DNA of 64,000 nt from Pristiophorus japonicus (lineage: Eukaryota), in assembly GCF_044704955.1 (NCBI RefSeq), contig NC_091984.1:241056001-241120000 (forward strand), given 5' to 3'. The position numbers were made by a program, and so were the translations under genes. This document shows, one piece after another, positions 19,228 through 58,500 of the stretch. A model generated the notes under the pieces. The model did not search any database. It saw only the letters and a program-made list of their open reading frames with translations, and had not been told where the DNA came from. Position 1 is the first letter of the stretch. Each line of letters begins with the position of its first letter.

Positions 19228-21530
19228 CTCTTATCTGGATGGAGGAGAGCATGCCAGGGGATTTCAGAGATGCTGTAATCATGACCATCTTCAAGAAAGG
19301 TGACACGTCCGATTGCGGTAATTACGGAGCCATGGAAAATCATGTGTGCTTTGGAAAATCATCGCAAGAATCCTCCTCAATCGCTGTCTCCCAGTGGCTG
19401 AAGAGCTCCTCCCAGAGTCGCAATGCCGATTCCGCCCACTAAGGGGCACAACGGACATGATCTTCACCGCGCAACATATCCAAGAAAAATGTAGGGAGCC
19501 ACATCAACATCTGTACATGACCTTCTTTGACCTCACAAAGGCCTTCGACCCTGTCAACCATGAGGGATTATGGAGTGTCCTTCTCAAATTTGACTGACCT
19601 CAAAAGTTTGTCACCATCCTCTGCCTGCTTCACGATGACATGCAAGCCGTGATCCTGACCAACGGATCCACCACAGACCCAATACAAGTGCAGACTGGGG
19701 TCAAGCAAGGCTGTGTCATTGCACCAATGCTCTTCTCAATTTTCTTCGCTGCAATGCTCCATCTCACCTTTAACAAGCTCCCCACTGGAGTGGACCGAAT
19801 CTACACGACAAACAGGAAACTGTTCAACCTCCGTCGCCTCCAGTCCAGATCCAAGATTGATCTAACCTCTGTCTTTAAACTACAGTATGCAGATGACACT
19901 TGCATTTGAGCACATTTGGAGGCCGAACTCTAAACCATTGTTGACACATTCACCAAAGCGTACGAGAGTCTGAGCCTTACATTACACATCATTAAGACAA
20001 AAGTTCTCTACCAACCTGCCCCCGCCATACTGCACTGCCCCCCGATTATCAAGATCCATGATGAGACCTTGAACAATGTGGACCACTTCCCTTACCTTGG
20101 GAGCCTCCTGTCAGCAAAGACGGACATCGACAACAAAGTCCAACAACGCCTTCAGTCGCCTGAGGAAAAGTGTGTTCGAAGACCAGGATCTCAAACCCGA
20201 CACCAAGCTCATGGTCTACAGGGCAGTAGTGATACCCGCCTTCCTGTATACTACAGAGACTTGGATTATGTACAGCAGGCACCTCAAAACACTGGAGAAG
20301 TACCACCAACTCTGCCTCCACAAAATTCTGCAAATCCATTGGCAGGATTAATGCCCTAACGTTAGCTTTCTCTCTCAGGCCAACATCCCCAACATCGAGG
20401 CATTGACCATGCTCAATGAGTTCCGATGGACGGGCCACATTGTTCTCATGCCCGATACTAGATTCCTGAAACAAGCACTCTACTCCGAGCTCCGTCACGG
20501 CAAGTGAGTCCCAGGAGGGCAGAGAAAACGCTTCAAGAACACCCTCAAAGCCTCCTTGGAAAAAATGTAACGTCTCCACTGACTCTTGGGAATCCTGGTC
20601 CCAAGACTGCTCAAAGTGGAGGCAAAGTATCCAAGAAGGCGCGGAACACCTCTAGTCTCTTCGTTGGAAGCACGCGGAAGCCAAGCGCAAACAGTGAAAG
20701 GACCGTACGACAATCCAAGCACCCCACCCACCCGTCCCTCCAACATGCAGGTACAGCAGGTGGTTAAGAAAGCAAATGGCATATTGGTCTTCATAGCGAG
20801 GGGATTTGAGTACAGGGGCAGGGAGGTGTTGCTACAGGTGTACAGGGCCTTGGTGAGGCCACACCTGGAGTATTGTGTACAGTTTTGGTCTCCTAACTTG
20901 AGGAAGGACGTTCTTGCTATTGAGGGAGTGCAGTGAAGGTTCACCAGACTGATTCCCGGGATGGTGGGACTGACCTATCAAGAAAGACTGGATCAACTGG
21001 GCTTGTATTCACTGGAGTTCAGAAGAATGAGAGGGGACCTCATAGAAACGTTTAAAATTCTGACGGGTACAGACAGGTTAGATGCAGGAAGATTGTTCCC
21101 AATGTTGGGGAAATCCAGAACCAGGGGACACAGTCTAAGGATAAGGGGTAAGCCATTTAGGACCGAGATGCGGAGAAACTTCTTCACCCAGAGAGTGGTG
21201 AACCTGTGGAATTCTCTACCACAGAAAGTTGTTGAGGCCAATTCACTAAATATATTCAAAAAGGAGTTAGATGAAGTCCTTACTACTCGGGGGATCAAGG
21301 GGTATGGCGAGAAAGCAGGAAAGGGGTACTGAGGTTGAATGTTCAGCCATGAACTCATTGAATGGCGGTGCAGGCTCGAAGGGCCGAATGGCCTGCTCCT
21401 GCACCTATTTTCTATGTTTCTATGTTTCTACAACGGTCTGCCCCACCTGTGACAGAGACTGTAGATCGGCACTGAGAATCGTATTCGTGTGGGAGCAAGA
21501 CATCTTCGACTCCGGGGGACTGCCTAAGAA
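19228..21530 (+). mobile_element. RTE-clade (BovB-like) LINE, 5'-truncated, split by CR1
   Basis: TIFKKGD..DCGNY, LPESQC.FRP.RGTTDMIF, DLTKAFD, GVKQGCVIAP, QYADD, HFPYLGS; 3' end resumes at 21431. Confidence 0.9.
20745..21430 (+). mobile_element. CR1 3' fragment nested in RTE
   Basis: [14 protein letters not shown]...RGHSLRIRG; (ctatgttt)n tail. Confidence 0.92.
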
Positions 21531-21714
21531 GGTGGTCAGAGGTAACTTTTAAAGAGCTTCTTAAAGAGAGGTTTAGGGAGGGAAACACATCTGAAATAAA
21601 CCAAGTTTTGTAATCAGAAGGTTTGTATATTGGGTCACACATTTGTAAATCAGTGTCATTTTTAAACGTATGAATAAAGAAAGCAAGTGGATTAATTGAT
21701 CAAGTGTTGATTGA

Positions 21715-21843
21715 ATCGGTGGGCGGGGCCTGAGCCGCAGCGCCCCCTGCGGCCGGGCACGGGGTTGCGGCGGAACCAAAGTGCGGGCCCCGGGAACTGG
21801 CCGGACGGTGAGTGGTGACGGACCGGAAGCAGGCGCGAGGAAG

Positions 21844-21850
<7 letters not shown>
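21715..21850 (+). promoter_or_regulatory. DDX55: DDX55 CpG-island promoter
   Basis: CpG-rich; GC box GGGCGGGG at 21721, ETS/GABP CCGGAAG at 21823, YY1-type AAGATGGCGG over the start codon at 21841. Confidence 0.75.
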
Positions 21851-47101
<25,251 letters not shown>

Positions 47102-47399
47102 GGGACAGGTGAACTGGAAGCTGGCTGACCTTTGAAACATTGTGAATATTTTCAAAGCAATTCCTTTTTTAATCCTGGACTTTACTGTGTAAAAAAAATT
47201 TGGATCTGTTCAGATTAATTTGTATATAAAAAAAAAAATTCCTGACCTTAACGGCATCATTTGTTGGGGTGCTCGGCTGTAAAACCTGCCTGTTTGTGTC
47301 TCCATCGCTAATTAAAAGAAAAGGACAATTGTGGAAGAATGTGAGAGAACATTGGCAGTGTCGGCCCGGGCTGAGTGGGTGACGCCAGAGACTTCAACC

Positions 47400-47990
47400 C
47401 AGAATCTGGGTTGACAATCCAGTGCCGTGCTGAGGGAGTGCTGCACTGTCGGAGGTGCCGTCTTTCAGATGAAGCATTAAACTGAGGCCCGGTTTGCCCT
47501 CAAAGAACATAGGAATTAGGGCAGCACACTCACTTCGCAGTCAGAAGGTTGTGGGTTCAAGTCCCACTCCAGGGACTTGAGCACAAAAATCTAGGCTGAT
47601 GCTCCCAGTGCTGTGCTGAGGGAGTGCAGTGCTGAGGGAGTGCTGCACTGTCGGAGGTGCCATCTTTCGGATGAGATGATAAACAGAGATAAATGGCGGA
47701 GCAGGCTCGAAGGGCCGTATGGCCTACTCCAGCTCCTAATTCCTATGTTCTTTGAGGGCAAACCGGGCCTCAGTGATGTAAAATATCCCATGGCACTATT
47801 TTGAAGATGATCAGGGGAGTTCTGGTCAATATTTATCTCAATCAGCATCACTATCACATTGCTGTTTGTGGGAGCTTGCTGTGCGCAAATGGACTGCCGC
47901 GTTTCCCATATTACAAATGGCTACGTTAATTGGCTGTAACGTGATTTAGGATATTCTGAGGTCATAAAAGGTGCTATATAAATGAAGATC
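47400..47990 (+). mobile_element. Rearranged DeuSINE copies with CR1 tail pieces
   Basis: B box gggttcaagtccc at ~47553; Deu domain; tail gctatataaatg at ~47975. Confidence 0.8.
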
Positions 47991-49347
47991 ATTATTTCAG
48001 TAACCGGCCTTCTCTGTTGCTCCAGCTGCATTTGGCTGCCAGCACAAACCAGGGATTTAATCGTGTCTGGTCTGTGTTGTCCCTCATCACTGGGCAGTTT
48101 CTGCCAAACTGGCCAGGAAGCCCAGATACATCATTTGTGCTTTTATTTGACTCATTGTTTTATTCTCTGAACTGTGAGAGACTTTAGGTTTGGAAAGCAA
48201 GGTTGGTGGCTACATTGTGAATGAGAGGCCATGTGCAACGGCCCCTTGACAGCGGTTTGGCCTCACCCGGACAAAGGCTTTTCAAAAAATTATTGATCAG
48301 TTTTATAAATACCAGGAATGTCGATGAAAAAATGTAATCAGTACACAACTAGCCATAAATGAGATTTTATTCATATATCGAACAGGCAATGCATGTAACA
48401 GAAACGGTAGCTGTAACCCCATAAACCTGCAGCCCAGAAAGGAGTCAGTCTCTGAGGTGGGGAGGAAAATGAAGCCCAGTGATGCTGTACATGATCGCAG
48501 AGGCCCTTGACGTTCTGGGAGTGACTCTGGAAAGGTTTTGTCAGTGAATTGGTTTCCTGAGCCACTTATTTCTGAAAGGACAGTCTCTTTTGGGCAAGTT
48601 GACTTCTGGCTTCTCACTACTGTAAAAGCAGCAACTCCCCAAAAGGTGTGGGCCTACTGACCATTCCTGAGCTGGAAGGCAGATGTTTAACCCCCCCCAC
48701 CCAACCTCTCCTACCTCATTAATATCTTCTTTGGTTGACCACTCAGACAACAAAAGTTAATGCAAGTATCAATTAATCTTAATTTACAACACAGACGACC
48801 ATTCGGCCCACAATCCCTCTTGCCACATCTTTTCAAATTTTTATTCTTCAAATCCACTTTCCTTTTATTGTGGATTATGCTCCTGTGTGCAAAAAAAATT
48901 ATTCTCTTAATTTCTCCCTTTTATTCTTTTGATAAATTTCTAGTTACTGACTCACCAACCGTGGTCACTTTTTCGTCATTTACTTTATCAATGCAGGTGG
49001 AGGCAACTGGCTTTAAAATGTTCCCCCTAATTGGCCTGGGTTTGTAACCTCGATTATCACCTCTCCCAAGCAATCCCATGGTGTGGGTAGGGTGGGTTTA
49101 TATATTGTGATTAAGGGATCGCAGTTGTGGGACAGGTTGGATGGAGCAGAGGGTCTGCTCCTGTCCGTCACTCTGGCCATTCTACACCAGCTCTTCTATT
49201 TTTGGCACTTTATGAATATCATTTAGTAAGAATTACTAATTGATCGGTGGAGTATATTTAAAAGATAATTGTCCTGGTTTTATATGTCCATCTTGCGTCA
49301 GTGTTTCTGTTTAATTACTGTAGTTTTCAGAAGTGCATGATCGATTA

Positions 49348-49503
49348 TTACAAATACAATTTAATTAATTCATCACTAACTGCAGATGGTGTGAGAACTC
49401 CCAGATCCGTGAACAAAAGTGTAATGAATGACGGGGGTGTATAGTCCACTGTCGGATGTTCGAGTGCTAGATTCTTCGCCGATTTCAATATGTCTGCTTT
49501 GTA
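49348..49503 (-). CDS. EIF2B1: EIF2B1 exon 9 (last coding)
   Basis: YKADILK...[36 protein letters not shown]. Confidence 0.96.
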   Translation of the reverse strand, partial: YKADILKSAKNLALEHPTVDYTPPSFITLLFTDLGVLTPSAVSDELIKLYL

Positions 49504-52500
49504 CTGTTTTTAAAAAAAAAAAAAATAGGTAATTAACATTTTACAACTACAGCCAGTTACAGCACGGAAAGCCATTCGGCCCACTGTGTCTGTACTAGCT
49601 CGTTACTAGAATAATTCAATACAAATCCCCTTGCCCTGTATTTTCCTCTGCTTCAAATATTGATCCTTTAAAAGATGCTCTCAACTCGACATCAAAATAC
49701 AAATTCCTCGATTGCTGATGATGGAAGATAAATGATGCACAGGATTCTAAGTCTACAGAAATGCATAATAAAATCTAAAATAAGTGACTGAAGTGGAGAC
49801 TGGCATTAGTGAATGTCACCAGTGTCTGTTAGTTCCGATTTACAGCCCAGAACCAGAGAACTTCAGTTTACACACCTTAAATCGATCGGGAACATCTTGC
49901 TGATTGAGGGGATAAAGCCGGACAAATTTGAAACTCTCTGCCACCACATAGAAGGGTTTATTATGCGATTTTGCACACACAGCCATTTGGTAAGTTCCAA
50001 TCTGCAAGGGGAGGGAAAAATCAATGCCTTTCATTCAGCTTCACAGAACACGAGGACTTTACTTCCCGGACACACAATCCTTCGTGGATATAAAGCAGCG
50101 ACAGGCAGGATTTCAAAATCGCTTGATTCAAAATATGTTGAAGTTAATTTTTTGGAAATATTGTGGTTTCAAACAAACAGTTAAAAATGCAGAAAACACT
50201 CAACAACAGAAATAACAGTAAAGCTAGAAATTGCGGAATTGGAGACACCGCGGGAAGAATCCGCTCGTCCGTGGCCCTGGAGTGAGCAATCGCTCCGGGG
50301 CCACAGGTCCTGGGTTCGAACCCCAACGAGGGGAGACTGTGGCTGCAATTCAGGGGTGATGTCAGGAAACACTTCACACAATGGTGGGGGGGGGGGGTTG
50401 GGATGCTGGAACGCAGCACCCCAAAAAAGGCTGTGGATGCTGGGGGTTGATTGAAATGTTCAAGTCGGCGCTCGCTAGATTTTTGTCAGGTAAAGGTATG
50501 AAGGGATATGGATCAAAGGTAAATGAGTTGAGGTACAGATCAGCCATGATCTAATTGAATGGTGGAACAGGCTCGAGGGGCTGAATGTCCCGAGTTCCAT
50601 TTTGGTTTGACGAGTACCAAACTGGGTTTAAAAATGCTGTCGAGCTCTTTGGATCTCCCAGACCCTTCTAAAATCGAGTTGGAATAAATTTATTGACGTG
50701 GTTTGAGCTGAGGCACTCACTGTGGGTGTGGCAGATTGTGGGGTGATCTAATTGAGTTTTTTTAAGATGATTAAAGGATTCGATAGGGTAGATAGAAACT
50801 ATTCCCTCTGGTGGGGGGAGTCCAGAACAAGGGGACCTAACCTTAAAATTAGAGCCCGGCCGTTCAGGAGTGAGGTCAGGAAACACTTCACACAAAGGGC
50901 AGTGGGAATCTGGAACTCTCTCCTCCAAAAAACTGTTGAGGCTGGGGGTCAATTGAAAACTTCAACACCGAGATTGATAGATTTTTGTTGGGTAAGGGTA
51001 TTAAAAGATATGGAGTAAAGGCGGGTAATTTGGGTTAAGATACAGATCAGCTACGATATAATTAAATGACAGTACAAGCTCGAGGGGCCTCCTGTTCCTA
51101 TGATTCATTTGTTGGTCACGGATTAGTTAGACTCCCTCTTTAACTCAGAGTGAAAGGAACACAGTTACCTTGTTAATGATTCCTCCACTTTCCACCACCC
51201 CTTCAGCACCGACCAGGAGCAGGTCCACTTTCTCCATAATGTACCTGCAGAAGGGGGAAACTCGGTTCGTGAGTGGGCCCAGAAAACAGATTATTGCTCA
51301 ACTAATCATCCAATCAGCATAGCCAAACTAACTATAATAAATAGAACATTGACCAATCAACATTTCCAATACCACTTCTGCTACAAATGGGACTCTTTCA
51401 TTCTGTCCAACGGGTTTTCTCAACATACCCGACTGAAGCATCTAGTATCACTGTTACCGGAATGTTGAGCTTTTTCAGATCTTCTGCACTTTTGAGTCTG
51501 GAAGACAAACAGACCAGCACTTTAATTCACTCTGTCCATCCTAGAACAGTTTCAACCCTTATTTCTATACAAATTGCCCAGTCAGCTGATGAATGCGAGT
51601 TTTTAATATACAAAATGGTTATAGTGTTGGGAGTGACTTAATAAACCCACTCTGCAGCGCCCATTAGTGTCCAGGGTCTGCAACTACACTGTGACCATTG
51701 ACAGCAAAACTGAATGATAAAAATGCTAAACTTGTTGGAAAAGTGAGACCAAAAATGACATGAGTGGACAGGAAGTGCACCCACTGGGCAGCGTTTATAA
51801 TAATGTACTAGTTGATTTCCATGACACGGCACATGGGAGTGACGATTAAGTGCAGCGCAGTGTAACACTCGAGGGCATTGTTAGAGTCGTGCAATCACAT
51901 GTGGCCTTGAGCAGACCCAGTGATTGTATTTAGTATTACTTTCTCGTAAAATGTAGGGGCTCCAAACCGAGCCTTTGCACAGGGACCCCCACAAAGCTAA
52001 CACTGCCCCTGAGAACACTCCTGTCACCACACATACTGTGAGAAGAGCCAATGGTGGGTCAGCTTTATAATGTAGATAGAAATGTATCTTTGGAACAGAC
52101 ACTGGCCAGGGGTTTGTCCGAGTGACTGACTATTCTAAAAATCACACACTATGCACAACGTGTTTGCACTCACCCTGAAGAATCGGGTTGTGATTCTGTG
52201 ATATAAACACTGAAGCGTTTCTTGGTTTCAGCTGCTTTCTCCAACACTCTCAAGACGACCCGCGAGGAAGCATGGGTTAAAATTTTCTGTTAAAGAAAGG
52301 AAAGATTTAATAAAATATGAATGACAATGGCAGAAGTCACCTATTGTAAACACAATGTGCCAAATAGGATGTTCTGATTTTAACCTATCAATACCAAATA
52401 GCAAATGGGGGCAAAGGACTTCTTCACAAAGGGAAATGTATCTAAGGGCACCTCCAAAACAACATCACCACTCGACATGTCTATTCCATAAGGGACGGGG

Positions 52501-55500
52501 GCAGAGATATTCTGAAGTTGCAGGTTAATGTTTCAGTTTTCTCAGTGGAGGAAGAGGACAAAATATGAGTGGGACAAGGGAACCTAAAAATAAGTCAAAC
52601 TAAGAAACCTACTGGATTTAATAGAAGTAAAATAAATGTTAGCGGAGAAAATAATGGGACTTAAGATGGATAAATCTCCAGGACCTGATGGTTTCCACCC
52701 CAAGGATATTAAAAGAAATAGGTGAGGAAATTGTTAGTCATAGTTCTCCAGATTCAGGAATTGTCAACTTGGATTGGAAAATTGCAAATGTCACTCCATT
52801 ATTTAAGGAGAGAGGGAGAGAGAAATCAGGTAACTACAGGCCTGTCAGTCTACCGTCAGCTGTGGGGAAGTTACTGGAATCTATCAAGTCAGAGGCAATG
52901 TTCCCAGGCATGTTTTTTTGGCTGCACGGCTCATTCAAATGTTCGCGCAGGTGCGATTATTCCAATTGAAAAGCCACGCGTGGCCTGTGCGGGAGCTCAA
53001 GACCGCTGGGCAACTGCGCAGCTTAAAGGGAACATTGATCAGAGGCCTCGATATTAACCCCCATCACCACGATGGGCCGAATGGCTTCCTGTGCTGTACG
53101 ATTTTATGATCTCCAGCATACCAAGCGATCTGGAAACTCCTAGACCACATCATGTTCAAATCGAAACAAACAAATTTAGAATAGTCACATAATCATACCG
53201 TCTGGTACCGTTTCACATAAAGAGTATAGGGCGAGGCAGATCAGGCGGAGCCTGCCGGGGAGAACCTGGAGAGATTGGCCAGTCTGGTTCTCTACGACTA
53301 CAGTGCAAAGTAGATCTTGGTAACGAATGATTCAGTACTTACAGCTCCGTCTTTTATAAAGGAATGACACAGATTTGCAATCTTAATTCTTGACACAGAA
53401 ATCCTGTCCAAGTAAAGCTCTCCTCTGTCTATCATTGTCTTTTTGCATATAGAATAATCCTGCAATAAGAAAGTTGTATCAGTTCAAACCTGGTTATGTT
53501 GAATAATACAGAAACTGGAATCATCAAAAAACTTCTCTAATACTAGTCGAACTCCCAGAGCATTGTGCACGAGTCAAGATCCAGTGTAGGTGTAACCTGA
53601 AGTGGGGTTTGGGGGGTAATTATACCAGGACATGAATTGTAATTCAGTCTCCATTTTAAAGTTATACATTCTGGGCTTATTTTTATATTTCCATTATAAA
53701 TTTCCATGTCAACATTGTAAAAGTCAGATAGCCAGTTGGTGAAGGATAGAACACTGGAGCCTAGTCTTTCGTTGCTTAAAGCCTTTATTCACAGAGACAC
53801 ATTACAAACTGTGCACACCCGAGATAAGCTCGCAACCCTTCCCCAGCCTACTCCCATATATATATGAGAACAAGAGTCCCCAATTAATACCTGCTACCGG
53901 CTTACAATTAACACTCAATTGCTATACATCGCTTAAGTACAATTAACAAAAATCTACAATGTAAAATGTCCATGTAAACGTCACGTTGTAATTACACCCT
54001 CCGCACCAGTAGGAGCACTGCAGCGCCTCCAGTAGAGGGAGGTAATTACAGCGTAGCACTTTGTTTCTGCAGGTCAATGGGTGAAAAGCCACATCCTGTG
54101 AGACGGGTTTTCAGAGATCGGCAGACCCAGTGTGGCGTTGGTAAATGATTCAAGACACCACTGCCTCCGGCGGCCTGTGACCAACAATTGCACCAAAAAA
54201 CAGTCCAGGGCAGTAATTAAGACACAGCTGAAGGTCAGGCTACATTTGGGAAAAGGAGTTTCTCAGGTTACAGAAGAAGCAGAGATGCGACATTGGGAAC
54301 ATAAAAACTGACTGCAAAAGCTTCTATAAATATGTGAAGAGAAAAAGATTAGTAAAGACAAACGTAGGTCCCTTGCAGTCAGATTCAGGTGAATTTATAA
54401 TGGGGAACAAAGAAATGGCAGACCAATTGAACAAATACTTTGGTTCTGTCTTCACAAAGGAAGACACAAATGACCTTCCGGAAGTACTAGGGGACCAAGG
54501 GTCTAGTGAGAAGGAGGAACTGAAGGAGGATATCCTTATTAGGTGGAAAATTGTGTTAGGGAAATTGATGGGATTGAAGGCCGATAAATCCCCAGGGCCT
54601 GATGGTCTGCATCCCAGAGTACTTAAGGAATTGGCCCTCGAAATAGTGGATGCGTTGGTGATCATTTTCCAACAGTCTATCGACTCTGGATCAGTTCCTA
54701 TGGACTGGAGGGTAGCTAATGTAACACCACTTTTTAAAAAGGGAGGGAGAGAGAAAGCGGGTAATTATAGACTGGTTAGCCTGACATCAGTAGTGGGGAA
54801 AATGTTGAAATCAATTATTAAGGATGAAATAGCAGCGCATTTGGAAAGCAGTGACAGGATCGGTTCAAGTCGACATGGATTTATGAAAGGGAAATCATGC
54901 TTGACAAATCTTCTGGAATTTTTTGAGGATGTAACTAGTACAGTGGACAAGGAAGAATCAGTGGATATGGTGTATTTGGACTTTCAAAAGGCTTTTGACA
55001 AGGTCCCACACAAGAAATTGGTGTGCAAAATCAAAGCACATGGTATTGGGGATAATATACTGACGTGGATAGAGAACTGGTTGGCAGACAGGAAGCAGAG
55101 AGTCGGGATAAACGGGTCCTTTTCAGAATGGCAGGCAGTGAGGGACGCTAAGAGGCGACAGGTTAGGTGAATGGGCAAATGCATAGCAGATGAAGTATAA
55201 TGTGGATAAATGTGAGGTTATCCACTTTGGGGGCAAAAACGCGAAGACAGAATATTATCTGACTGGTGGTAGATTAGGAAAAGGGGAGGTGCAACGAGAC
55301 CTGGATGTCATGGTTCATCACTCATTGAAAGTTGGCATGCAGGTATAGCAGGCGGTGAAGGCGGCAAAATGGTATGTTGGCCTTCATAGCTAGGGGATTT
55401 GAGTATAGGAGCAGGGAGGTCTTACTGCAGTTGTACAGGGCCTTGGTGAGGCCTCACCTGAAATATTGTGTTCAGTTTTGGTCTCCTAATCTGAGGAAGG

Positions 55501-58500
55501 ATGTTCTTGCTATTGAGGGAGTGCAGCAAAGGTTCACCAGACTGATTCCAGGGATGGCTGGACTGACATATAAGGAGAGACTGGATAAACTCGGCCTTTA
55601 GACATTGGAGTTTAGAAGGATGAGAGGGGATCTCATAGAAACGTATAAGATTCTGACGGGACGGGACTGGGTAGATGCGGGTAGATTGTTCCTGATGTTG
55701 GGGAAGTCCAGAACCAGGGGACACAGTCTAAGGATAAGGGGCAGGCTAGTTAGGACTGAGATATGGAGAAACTTCTTCACTCAGAGAATTGTGAACCTGT
55801 GGAATTCCCTACCGCAGAGAGTTGTTGATGCCAGTTCATTGGATATATTCAAGAGGGAGTTAGATATGGCCATTACGGCTAAAGGGATCAAGGGGTATGG
55901 AGAGAAAGCAGGAAAGGGATACTGAGGGAATGATCAGCCATGATCTTATTGAATGGTGGTGCAGGCTCGAAGGGCCGAATGGCCTACTCCTGCACCTATT
56001 TTCTATGTTTCCATTACTCGTTCACCAATACTTTAGGCTGCAGTCCACCAAATGTAGTTGGAATCCTGGGTTTAAACGAGAGTTGTCCGAGCCTTTGCCA
56101 CCTCAGTGTACATCAGAGTCCGACAAAGGTTAAGATCACCATCCCTACTAATTCCCAAATGTCCCACGTTGCAGCAGATCTTAGACATCTGACTGAAGAT
56201 TCAGACAAAGGTACTAAGAACAGCTTTTTTTCAAACCACCCGATCACAAAAAACAAGACAGGAAAAATCAGCTGGAGTGGGAATCAGACTGAATGACCTG
56301 GGATCGGACAGGTGAACAAAAGCTTGATCAAAGAGATGGGTTTTAAGGAGCATCTTAAAGGAGGAGAGAGAGGCAGAGAGGTTTAGGGAGGGAATTCCAG
56401 AGCTAACGTTAGAATATATAAAGACGGTTCTGTACATACCGGGTGTTCCAGGGACGTGAGGCTGATAAAGCGGAGGAAAAGTTCACCCCCTGAAGACACT
56501 GCCACTGAAGAGTCGACGCTGGTCAGGGTTTTAATGGCTGCCTTCAGATTCTCCCTCAGACCCTGAATGGTCTCACCTAATTCCAGAAAAACACAATGAC
56601 AGTGCACTCTCTAAAGCTCGCAGTGACGAGAAAAGAATGTGATTTGTTTAGGCATTGACAACATGTATTTACACCAAATTTCTGAGGGATTGAGTCAGCC
56701 AATCGGGGGTACGGTAGTGTCGTGGTTATGTTTATGGACTAGTAATCTTCAGAACGTTAGAGAATTTCAATTCAGTTTATAAAAAAAGCTGAAAATGCTC
56801 CTATAAACAACTCCTTTTCTGCTCGTAAAGCTCAGGGTTATTTTACATCGGTCATATAATGTTTAAGCTCAAGAGATTGTACAGGCTCAAAAACAATCTA
56901 CGTGTAGGAAAGCTGTTTTTAACACAGCGTTCCAAGAATGCCGAGTCTCAGTTACCTTTGTCTCGCTTCAAAAACTCCAACAAGGTGCGAATGGCGGCAA
57001 CAGCAGAAGCAACATCTTCGCTCTCTTTCATTTGGGTTTTGAAATAGTCCACAAGCTCTGCAATAAGCCAGTCAGCATTTTTTAAATACAATTAACATTC
57101 GAACATTGTGTTTTATTTGAGACACACACACACACCCACCGTCACTTCATGTATTCAAATAGTTTTCAAATCAACAACTTGCATTTATACAGTGTCTTTA
57201 ATGTAGTAAAATGTCCCAAGGCGCTTCACAGGAGCACTATCAAACAAAATTTGACACCGAGCCACAGAAGGAGACATTAGGACAGGTGAGAGGCAGATTT
57301 TAAGGAATTTATTAAAGGAGGAGAGAGAGGTAGAGATTTAGGATGGAAATCCAGAGCTTAGGGGCCAGGCAGCTGAAGGCACGGCCACCGATGGTGGAGC
57401 GATACGCAAAGGGCCAGAATTGGAGGAATTATAGATTTACAGCACGGAAGGAGGCCATTTGGCCCATCATGTCCATGCCGGCCGACAGAGAGCTATCCAG
57501 CCTAATCCCACTTTCCAGCTCTTGGTCTGTCGGTTGCGGCACTTCAAGAGCATATCCAGGTACTTTTTAAATGTGATGAGGGTTTCTGCCTCGACCACCT
57601 TTTCAGGCCGTGAGTTCCAGACCCCCACCACCCTCTGGGTGAAAATATTTCCCTTCAAATCCCCTCTAAACCTCCCCCCAATTACTGTAACTTACTAAGG
57701 CGTGCAGAGATCTGAGAGTTGTTGGGCTGGAGGAGGTTACAGCGATAGGGAGGAGGGGTGAGGGCATGAGAACAAAGATGTAGGTCAGCGAGCACTGGAG
57801 GGGGAGGGGGGGGGTGGTGAACGGGACTCGGTACGAATTAGGATACGGGCAAGTGTTTGTGTTCATGACCACACCAACTGCAGCAGCTCAGCGCTGTTTC
57901 TGTTTTACTGCAAAGTTAATGTTAAATGTAAACACAGAATCAGAGGGATGGACCATCTCCCCATTGCACTGGGACTGGAAACCCAAACCGCACATCAGCA
58001 GTTTGGGTTCCAGGCTCGTGCACATCCTCGGAATGTCAAGGCATTGCAGCGTAATTTGATCAAACGTTGCAATAAGGAGCTAAGAGCTGTGTGGAACATC
58101 CATACAACTGGAAACCAGCAAACAATGTAAATGCACCGTAAACCTCACAGCTTTGTTGTGATTTGTTTTTAATTCAATGCTTTGATGTAAATCTTTCATA
58201 GAATACCCTTTAATATCCCACCCAGTCTAATCCCACTCTCTCCCCACACCCTTTAATATCAACAACAACCTGTATTTATATAGCGCCTTTAATGTTGTTA
58301 AACGTTGCAAGGCGCTTCACAGGAGTGTTATGAGACACAAAAGTCAGCACCAAGCCGAATAAGGAGGAATTAGGGCAGGTGACCAAAAGCTGGGTCAAAG
58401 AGGGAGGTTTTAAGGAGCGTCTTAAAGGAGGAGAGAGAGGTAGAGAGGCGGAGAGGTTTAGGGAGGGAGTTCCAGAGCTTGGGGCCCAGGCAACAGAAGG

